Positions 29,703 to 36,545 of a DNA stretch of 64,000 nt are shown piece after piece. The notes beneath the pieces are model-generated. The model saw nothing but the letters and a program-made list of their open reading frames with translations, was not told where the DNA came from and made no database searches. Origin of the DNA: Candidatus Heimdallarchaeum aukensis (GTDB taxonomy: Archaea; Asgardarchaeota; Heimdallarchaeia; Heimdallarchaeales; Heimdallarchaeaceae); NCBI GenBank assembly GCA_021513695.1, contig CP084166.1:416001-480000 (forward strand), in the 5' to 3' direction. The first letter of the stretch is position 1, and each line of letters starts with the position of its first letter. Position numbers and translations under genes: made by a program.

Positions 29703-30755
29703 ATGATGAGTAAACAAAAAAACAAAAAAACAAATAACACAGAAGTATACAAGAAAATTTTTCAGACGGCTCAAGATTCAATTTTTTTGCTTAATAAGAA
29801 TAATGTCTTTATAGATTGCAATCCTTATACTTGTGATATGTTTAATTGTGAGAAAGAAGATATTATTGGAACAACCCCAGTTGAATGGTCTCCTGAACTA
29901 CAGTTTGATGAAGTTCCTTCAGAAAAAAAGGCTAAACAATATATAAACAAAGCCTTTTCTGGAACACCTCAACGCTTTGAGTGGATTCACAAAAAAAAGA
30001 CAGGAGAATTATTTTATTGCGAAGTTTCTCTTAATAAGGTTGTAATAGATGGAGAAGATTTTTTACAAGCAATAGTACGTGAGATAACAGAAAAAAAATT
30101 TATTGAAGAAGTTGATTTAATATTCTCAAAAATAATTGACCATGATACCAGAAATATAGCCTTTGCAACTACTTCATACATCAATCTAATTCGAAATAAC
30201 TTTGAAGTAAATGAAAAACTAGATAATTATCTTAAAAGAATAGAAGATAATTTAGAAGAATTAATGAGTATTATAAATAAATTTTCAATTTTACATGAAG
30301 TCATGTATGAAACAAAAAAGCAAGTAATAAACCTTTATGAGACTGTTTGCAAAAGCATTCAACTTTTTGAAGAGAAATTAGGAGAAAAAAAAGTTGTAGT
30401 TGAAAACAAGATTAACAAAAATCACAAAGTAATTGCGGGGAATTTATTGATTGAAGTAATTAACAATTTAATAAGTAATTCCCTTCGGCACGCAAATGCT
30501 AATAAAGTTTTAATAAAAAGCAAAGAAACTCCAGAAAAAATAATTCTTGTTTTTGCAGATGATGGAAAAGGTTTTGACGAAAATTTATTACCTAATTTAT
30601 TTAAAGAAGGAATAAAAGGTCGTGATTCAAAAGGATCTGGTCTCGGTTTATATATTTCTAAAAAAATAATTAATTTATATGAAGGACATATTTCAGCAAG
30701 AAATGCAAGTAAAGGCGGAGCTGAATTTATTATTGAATTAGAAAAAGCAGATTGA
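29703..30755 (+). CDS. PAS-domain sensor histidine kinase (cytoplasmic)
   Basis: 350 aa. The N-terminus is PAS-like (IFQTAQDSIFLLNKNNVFIDCNPYTCDMFNC...). An H-box-like IDHDTRNIA is present. The HATPase_c motifs are N-box NLISNSLRHA, G1 DDGKGF and G2 GSGLGLYISKKI. Confidence 0.8.
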   Translation: MMSKQKNKKTNNTEVYKKIFQTAQDSIFLLNKNNVFIDCNPYTCDMFNCEKEDIIGTTPVEWSPELQFDEVPSEKKAKQYINKAFSGTPQRFEWIHKKKTGELFYCEVSLNKVVIDGEDFLQAIVREITEKKFIEEVDLIFSKIIDHDTRNIAFATTSYINLIRNNFEVNEKLDNYLKRIEDNLEELMSIINKFSILHEVMYETKKQVINLYETVCKSIQLFEEKLGEKKVVVENKINKNHKVIAGNLLIEVINNLISNSLRHANANKVLIKSKETPEKIILVFADDGKGFDENLLPNLFKEGIKGRDSKGSGLGLYISKKIINLYEGHISARNASKGGAEFIIELEKAD

Positions 30756-30829
30756 TTTAAACAAATTTAAACCCAAAAAATATAATAAAGATAAAAGAAT
30801 AATATTCGCTAACTCACGCAAAAATTCAT

Positions 30830-31693
30830 GTGAAAGATATGAATGATAAAAAAAGATACTTAAGGTTAAAGAATTTAAAAGAATTTGGAGTAGATATTAC
30901 TTGGGAAAATCTTTTTTCAAAAACCGTTTTATTTGCAGGAGTAGGTGGAGTAGGAAGTATTGCTGCTGAAATGTTTGCTCGATGTGGAATAGGAAAAATG
31001 ATTTTGATAGACTTAGATATTGTAGAAGAAGTAAATTTAAACAGACTATTTTATACTCAGGAAAATATAGGAAAGCCAAAAGTAGAAGTAGCAAAAGAAA
31101 TTTTAACAAAAATTAATAGAGACGTGGAAATTGAAACATATCATTCTGATATCTGTGCAATCGATTTTGAAGAAAAATTTGAACAATTGATAAAAGAATC
31201 AGATTTAGTTATTTCTAGTTTAGACAATATACCTGCAAGATTATATATTAATGAAAAATGCGTTCAACTAAGAAAAGAGTATATCGATTCAGGAGCAAGC
31301 AGATCAGGTTTAGGAGGATATGTTCATTTAGTTATTCCATTTAAAACTGCTTGCTATCAATGTACAGGTTCAATAGATTTAGGAGAAAAAAAGCATGGAG
31401 AACCATGTACTGCTTCTTTACCTTCTACAATAGCTATTATAGCTTCACTCACAGTGGAAATTGCACTTAAACATTTGTTAAATTTTGGAGTGATTCCTGA
31501 TTATATCGGTTTTAACGCTTTGACCGACCAGTATATAATACAAAAGATGAATAGAGATCCTTCATGTTATATATGTGGAGAAAGAAAAACGAATCTAAAA
31601 GAGCAGAGGAAATCTTTGCAAGAAATTGATGAATTAACGGAAGGAAAAACTGTAGATGAGTTAATTCAAAATTTGGATTCTCATGAGAAGTAG
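30830..31693 (+). CDS. UBA5-like (UFM1-activating type) E1 adenylation enzyme
   Basis: 287 aa with a GTG start at 30830; an alternative ATG is at 30839. It has the nucleotide loop [38 protein letters not shown] matches remembered human UBA5 [30 protein letters not shown]. The CxxC pairs ACYQC and SCYIC match the UBA5 zinc site. [11 protein letters not shown] (Cys193) matches the UBA5 catalytic-Cys context [18 protein letters not shown] matches UBA5 LKFLLNFG. Confidence 0.85.
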   Translation: [287 protein letters not shown]

Positions 31694-31706
31694 AACTAAT
31701 TAAAAA

Positions 31707-32765
31707 GTGGTAAGAATGGTTAAAGTTCAAATTTCTAAACATATCTTAAAAGCAATAGAGAAACACGCTATTGAATTTAAAGGAAAAGAAATCTATGGTT
31801 GGTTGTTAGGATACGATAATGGTTCAAATTTGAAAGTTATTGCAAGTGTTCCTTGTAAAATGTACAAAATTCAAAATGAAGTAAGAGCAGAACCATCAAC
31901 AGAAGAAGCTTTTGAAATTGTAAAGAACATTCCTAAAGGAATAGGAATCATAGGTATTTATCATAGTCATCCAAATAAGGTTTATCACAGCGTAACTGAT
32001 GATTTGACAGTAAAACAATATGCTAATGTATATCCTCATTTCTTAAGTATTGTAACAAACGGAAAGGAAACAAAATCATTTCAATTAATAGATAACGATG
32101 TTAAACCAATTGATGTAGGTGAGTTAAAAGAAGAAACTTTAAAGACTCTTACTTTTAAGATACCTTTGAAATATTATTATCCTGAAAATGAGGAATTAAC
32201 GCTAGCTTTCATTTCATCAGAAATAAGAGAATTCTTGGAAAAAGAGTCACAAAACCTAAAACTAATAGCTAATGACAGAGAAATTAAAGATGATGAGAAG
32301 ATAGATTCTTTGACAAAAACAACCATTGAAGTAAAGTTAGAAAGTGCTGAAATTAATTTCAATGAAAAGAAAAAGTATATTTTCTTTAATTTTCATTTTG
32401 ATATGGTTTCTCCACCCAAGAAAACTGTTTCAGATTTAAAACCTCTCTTATTCAATGGCATTAAAGATTCTATGTATTATTACATTAAAAATATAAAATT
32501 AAACAATTCTTTTGAACTACCTTACGAATTTAAATTTGAAATTTCTAATATTCCTTGGAGGTTTAATGTCAAAAAAGACACATGGGATCTAATTCAGTTT
32601 CTTGACATTTTTGCATTTCGAATAAAGTACATGTCATTTAAAAATGAGAAGAAGAGGAACAAAATTCATTCAGAGATAATTAAAATTAAAGAAATTTTAG
32701 AAAAAGACAAATCAGCTTTTGGAAAAATTGATTCGTTATTGGAGGGACTAACGAAAAAGATTTAA
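31707..32765 (+). CDS. JAMM/MPN+ metallopeptidase with a long uncharacterised C-terminal extension
   Basis: 352 aa with a GTG start at 31707; an in-frame ATG is at 31716. The first ~130 aa carry the JAMM motif elements: Glu in KEIYGWLLG, then HSHPNKVYHSVTD (His86, His88, Ser95, Asp98). By my count the His-to-Ser spacer is 6 residues rather than the canonical 7. The remaining ~220 aa have no recognisable motif. Confidence 0.75.
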   Translation: MVRMVKVQISKHILKAIEKHAIEFKGKEIYGWLLGYDNGSNLKVIASVPCKMYKIQNEVRAEPSTEEAFEIVKNIPKGIGIIGIYHSHPNKVYHSVTDDLTVKQYANVYPHFLSIVTNGKETKSFQLIDNDVKPIDVGELKEETLKTLTFKIPLKYYYPENEELTLAFISSEIREFLEKESQNLKLIANDREIKDDEKIDSLTKTTIEVKLESAEINFNEKKKYIFFNFHFDMVSPPKKTVSDLKPLLFNGIKDSMYYYIKNIKLNNSFELPYEFKFEISNIPWRFNVKKDTWDLIQFLDIFAFRIKYMSFKNEKKRNKIHSEIIKIKEILEKDKSAFGKIDSLLEGLTKKI

Positions 32766-32804
32766 AAAGAAAAAAGCTAGAAGAAGAACAATGGGGACAA
32801 AAAA

Positions 32805-33068
32805 ATGGAGTCTTTAAAGAGATTATATTTTACAACAATAGTAGGAACAGAACATAAACAAATACCATTTGAAACACCAGGAAGTATAGTTTTCCACGAA
32901 TTAATTGTAGAAGTTTCAAAAAAGTTTGGAATAGCTACTGAACAAATTGCGATAAGCAGTGAAATGGGAGAAACTCTAACAGTTTCAGATTTTCAATCCA
33001 CTGTGGACGAAATAATAAGAAAGTATGGAACAGCTTTTCAAGTTATTAATCGAGGAGTAGTAGGATAA
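32805..33068 (+). CDS. UFM1-like beta-grasp ubiquitin-like modifier ending in Val-Gly
   Basis: 87 aa. The C-terminus KYGTAFQVINRGVVG-stop parallels remembered mature human UFM1 KHGSELRIIPRDRVG. The middle segment EVSKKFGIATEQIAISSEMG parallels UFM1 FAAEEFKVPAATSAIITNDG. It sits between the JAMM and E2 genes. Confidence 0.7.
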   Translation: MESLKRLYFTTIVGTEHKQIPFETPGSIVFHELIVEVSKKFGIATEQIAISSEMGETLTVSDFQSTVDEIIRKYGTAFQVINRGVVG

Positions 33069-33079
33069 AGATTTTAGAG

Positions 33080-33661
33080 ATGGGGGTTCCAAAGATTAGC
33101 GACAGCGATACTTCAACAGTAAAAGGAAGATGGAGAGAAACACCTGCAGAAAGAGAACTAGTTAAGTTTCCAGAAGCTCTGATAAATATAACTCCAAAGC
33201 ATCCTAAATGGACAGAAAGAGTGAAAATAGAAATTTTAAATCTAGCAAAATATGTTCAGTTTTTACAAAGAAAAGGCGGGCATAGCTGGTTCTTTCTTAC
33301 ACCTAGTAAAGATCCTAAGTACAACTTTATGAAATGGGAAGGATATTTGCAAGTGGCTACAAGACCAGAAATTAGGTTTAAAATAGTAATTCTTTTACCT
33401 GGAAACTATCCAAAATCTTGCCCTAGGGCTTTCATTGAAGAAAGAGTAGTAGAATTTGCAGGAAAGATTTATACCAAAAATGTCTGGGAAGAGCCAAATG
33501 GAGAAAAATATTTGATGATATGTCATGACCACATGAGTGAAATTGACGATATTTGGGATCCAAGGTTAACAATTGCACACTTTTTCATAAGAGAAGTATT
33601 CTATTGGTGGGCAGCTCAACAGAACCTAATAATTGAACATTACGACAAAGGAAAGAAATAG
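33080..33661 (+). CDS. UFC1-like E2 conjugating enzyme
   Basis: 193 aa starting 11 nt after the Ubl stop. KWTERVKIEILNLAKYVQF parallels UFC1 LWVQRLKEEYQSLIRYVEN. LPGNYPKSCP parallels IPITYPTTAP. FAGKIY parallels KTAKMY. LMICHDHMSEIDDIW (Cys148) parallels the UFC1 active site KICLTDHFKPLW. LTIAHF parallels GLAHL. There is no canonical E2 HPN motif, as in UFC1. Confidence 0.7.
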   Translation: MGVPKISDSDTSTVKGRWRETPAERELVKFPEALINITPKHPKWTERVKIEILNLAKYVQFLQRKGGHSWFFLTPSKDPKYNFMKWEGYLQVATRPEIRFKIVILLPGNYPKSCPRAFIEERVVEFAGKIYTKNVWEEPNGEKYLMICHDHMSEIDDIWDPRLTIAHFFIREVFYWWAAQQNLIIEHYDKGKK

Positions 33662-33836
33662 ATTATTTTTAAGCTATTTTTACTTTTTAAATTTAGAAGT
33701 TTATTTTTATTAAATGGTGTTTACTTGAAAAGCAGAAGCAGAAATAAGAAAGAAGTTATGAGACTAAATAAATCAATGTAAAAAAACTGTTAAATTTAAA
33801 CAAAAAATTTAACTATTTTATCGTTTATATAATTTT

Positions 33837-34874
33837 TTGATGAGTAACAATTTAATATTGAATTTTTTAAATTTTCCACCAAATGTTGATTCTTTTACAG
33901 ATTATGAAAGTAAAATTCATAACGAAATTGAAAATCAATTCAATGATACACGTTCATTACTTCTTGTAATCATGAAGAGTTTGGATGTGGAAGACAAAAA
34001 ACGTTTTTTCAAAATTAAGAAATTTCTTGACAAATTAATTAGTGAGTTCAATTCCTTAAAAACTAGAATTTTTTCATTTGAGACAATTGAAGGAAAATTA
34101 TCTTTCAATCATGAAGTTGTTTTAATTTTAGATTTCTTAATTTTTGAACGTTTATTAGACTTCAATACTACTTTAAGAAATATAGAATCGATAGTTCTAC
34201 ATACTTTGGATAAAGATTACATTCAAGCTCAATCTTTTCAACTTCACAAATCTCTACAAAAACTAGAAAATTTAATTAATTTCCGTAAAGTAGCACATCA
34301 ACTTACTCCATCTGATCAATTGTTTCTGCAATTCTCAGAAGATTTCAGTGCTCAACTCTCTTATCTTGAATCAGTAGGCGTAATTCACCAGTTTGATGAA
34401 CTAAGTAAACCTTCTTTATTGGGAAAGAAAGCATATTATGACAAACTTTCTCAATTGTTTATCTCAACTTGCAATTCTCTACAAAAACAAAATAGATTAA
34501 ACATACCTTTTCTTGAATTTGTAGATGTTTTTCAAAAGAGATATCCAAATGTTGAGTTTGCTGTAGAAGATTTGGACAAAATTGCTTCAAGACTTTCAAA
34601 GACTGGGATGATTTCTGTAGTTACTAATACAGAGCAATCAAAGAAAATTATTATTGGCGAAGACATTGCTTTACAGCAAGAAATACTCAAATTAGCCAAA
34701 GGAAAAGGATACATTACACAAGAAGAATTGATTAGTTCTTTAGGTAAAAGTATAACGGAGATACAATTAACTATCAAGAAACTTGAAGATGCAGGACTAG
34801 CTATCGAAGACGATGACTATGCTTCAGGAAAGAGGATCTATTTTCCAGGTTTAGAAACAGAAATAAAAAGTTAG
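33837..34874 (+). CDS. Tandem winged-helix protein, EAP30 (Vps22/Vps36, ESCRT-II)-like, with DDRGK-type WH as an alternative
   Basis: 345 aa; the likely ATG is at 33840. The C-terminus ISVVTNTEQSKKIIIGEDIALQQEILKLAKGKGYITQEELISSLGKSITEIQLTIKKLEDAGLAIEDDDYASGKRIYFPGL aligns by eye with remembered human SNF8/Vps22 ...LIQSVPAELNMDHTVVLQLAEKNGYVTVSEIKASLKWETERARQVLEHLLKEGLAWLDLQAPGEAHYWLPAL. It also resembles the DDRGK1 WH (LEDLA...LLAEGTITGVIDDRGKFIYIT). A helical N-terminal half precedes it. Confidence 0.5.
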   Translation: MMSNNLILNFLNFPPNVDSFTDYESKIHNEIENQFNDTRSLLLVIMKSLDVEDKKRFFKIKKFLDKLISEFNSLKTRIFSFETIEGKLSFNHEVVLILDFLIFERLLDFNTTLRNIESIVLHTLDKDYIQAQSFQLHKSLQKLENLINFRKVAHQLTPSDQLFLQFSEDFSAQLSYLESVGVIHQFDELSKPSLLGKKAYYDKLSQLFISTCNSLQKQNRLNIPFLEFVDVFQKRYPNVEFAVEDLDKIASRLSKTGMISVVTNTEQSKKIIIGEDIALQQEILKLAKGKGYITQEELISSLGKSITEIQLTIKKLEDAGLAIEDDDYASGKRIYFPGLETEIKS

Positions 34875-34883
34875 GGTGAAAAA

Positions 34884-35531
34884 ATGTCATATATTGTAAA
34901 ATTGGGATTAGATGAAAAACAAGAAAATAATGTAACTAAAAGTGAACTTTCAGATGAACTTGTTGCATGGGTTTTTCCCTACGCTTTAGAAAAATGGGAA
35001 AAAATTAATTTAAAGAAAAGAAGGCAAATTTTGGTTAAACTCAATGAAAAAGCTCTCGTTTATAACAAAGAAAACTTCATTCAAGAGCTTTCAAGTGGCT
35101 TATACAAAGTTAATAGAAAAGAAGGTCTTGAAGATCACAAAATTGTTTTCTTAGAAAAAAACCTTATTACTCTTAAATGGGGCATCACTCAAATGCAAGG
35201 AGTTTTAACAAGTGACAATATAAAAGTTGGAGCTTCTGGAACAGTTTCTCTAACTTTATCAGGTGCAGAAGTATTTGTTTTAAACGTTCTGAAAAATAAA
35301 ACAAGTTTTTCAAAGAAAGAACTCCGCCCCATAATAAATAATATCGTCAAAAGTGCATTAAGAGAAGTTTTTCCACAGTATTCTATTGAAGAATTACAAA
35401 AATTAAGTAAAGACGAATTACTTATGTTCTTTGAACCAATAATTGTAGAAGAATTGCAAAAAATAGGTTTTAGTAGCCAAGATATATCATTGGGTGCATT
35501 GGGAATTCCTCCGGAGTATAGGATTTTCTAA
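34884..35531 (+). CDS. SPFH/Band-7-like (YdjI-type) domain protein (tentative)
   Basis: 215 aa starting 9 nt after the previous stop. ITLKWGITQ...ASGTVSLTLSG...FSKKELRPIINNIVKSALREVF...GFSSQDISLGALGIPPE follows the pattern I recall for the Band_7_1 family (e.g. B. subtilis YdjI: FTVRWGTKQ...ANGTFKFKV...GFQIMSFNYPQE). Confidence 0.35.
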   Translation: MSYIVKLGLDEKQENNVTKSELSDELVAWVFPYALEKWEKINLKKRRQILVKLNEKALVYNKENFIQELSSGLYKVNRKEGLEDHKIVFLEKNLITLKWGITQMQGVLTSDNIKVGASGTVSLTLSGAEVFVLNVLKNKTSFSKKELRPIINNIVKSALREVFPQYSIEELQKLSKDELLMFFEPIIVEELQKIGFSSQDISLGALGIPPEYRIF

Positions 35532-35647
35532 AAAAAAGATAAAAAAGGCTTTTTAGGGTGAATAACAAGAGAAAAAAATAAACTGCCCTAATAAAGCCTT
35601 AAACAACCATTTTTGCGCTTCTCTCCGTAATACAACATGTTTTTATT

Positions 35648-36514
35648 TTGAAAAAATATTCTTGTTTCATGTCATTAGAATACAGTTGTATACTTCCACA
35701 TGGTTTTAATCTTATACCAGATCTTAATCCAGAACAAGATGAAAAATCAGCTAAACTCGCTTTAGAAATTTCTTCTATTGCTGAACAAATAGTTAACAAA
35801 GACCCTGAAGTAATAATTATTGCGTCTCCTCATAATCTGCGAATAAGCGAAAATATAGGCATTGTTACTACAGAATGGTTGAAGGGCTCTTATATAGAAA
35901 AAGATACAGAAAAAAGTGCAGAAATGGAATGGAAGTGTGACAGAAAACATGCTTCTAAACTCTACATTAGGGCAAAAAATGAAGGTTTACCTGTAGTTGC
36001 TGTTAATTTTGGAACAAGTGAGGGCCCATTATCGAGTATACCTTTAGATTGGGGAACATTTATTCCTCTTTACTTCATCAAAAAAGCTTACGAGAAAAGT
36101 AAGAAAACAATTCCTCAGGTAGTTCTAATCACCCCTAGCAGAGACATAGATTGGAAGCATTTAGTGAAATTAGGAGAGTTAATATATCTATTGAGCATTG
36201 AGGAAAATAAGAAAACAGTTTTCATAGCAAGTGCTGATCAAGCTCATGCACATGATGCAAATGGTCCTTACGGATTTGATCCTGCAGCAAAAAGTTTTGA
36301 CGACTTGATTTGCAAAATGATTACTTCAAACTCGTTAAATGATTTATTAGGAATAGATCAAGGATTAATTGAACACTCAAAACCAGATAGTCTGTGGCAG
36401 ATACTTATTCTTGCAGGAATAGCTGTTAAAGCAAACATGGTCAACAAGTCTTGTGTCTATGAGTGTCCAACTTACTATGGAATGATTGCTGCCTCATTTG
36501 AAAGAAAAATATAA
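35648..36514 (+). CDS. Class III extradiol dioxygenase subunit B (LigB)-like protein (tentative)
   Basis: 288 aa; the real start is possibly the ATG at 35669. His-containing motifs CILPHG, IIIASPHNL and ASADQAHAHD resemble the LigB/DODA family metal ligands. Confidence 0.4.
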   Translation: MKKYSCFMSLEYSCILPHGFNLIPDLNPEQDEKSAKLALEISSIAEQIVNKDPEVIIIASPHNLRISENIGIVTTEWLKGSYIEKDTEKSAEMEWKCDRKHASKLYIRAKNEGLPVVAVNFGTSEGPLSSIPLDWGTFIPLYFIKKAYEKSKKTIPQVVLITPSRDIDWKHLVKLGELIYLLSIEENKKTVFIASADQAHAHDANGPYGFDPAAKSFDDLICKMITSNSLNDLLGIDQGLIEHSKPDSLWQILILAGIAVKANMVNKSCVYECPTYYGMIAASFERKI

Positions 36515-36545
36515 AAAAAACTGCTCGTTCATTGAATAGAATATT

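Noticed and set aside
29530-29781. 83-aa minus-strand ORF abutting the 258-aa gene and overlapping the start of the histidine kinase
   Set aside because: Its Phe/Ile/Tyr-rich sequence is typical of random ORFs in AT-rich intergenic DNA. It sits in the promoter region of the PAS kinase. I checked it as a possible second interrupted gene like 15395..18067, but the upstream peptide has no similarity to any protein domain.
30830-31693. Reading the E1 as an ordinary MoeB/ThiF sulfur-carrier activating enzyme, with the 87-aa protein as ThiS/MoaD/SAMP
   Set aside because: This is disfavoured because of the operon partners (an E2-like protein with an active-site Cys and a JAMM peptidase). The terminus is Val-Gly rather than Gly-Gly, there is no rhodanese domain, and there are long UBA5-specific sequence matches. 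It remains the main alternative until profile searches are run.
30755-33814. Shared AAATTTAAAC-type doublets upstream of the E1 operon (30755..30774) and of the WH gene (33792..33814) as a common operator
   Set aside because: TTTAAA is the generic archaeal TATA-box core. By rough expectation, a 10-mer of this composition should occur by chance about once or twice in 64 kb of roughly 70% AT sequence. This is not significant evidence for a shared regulator.
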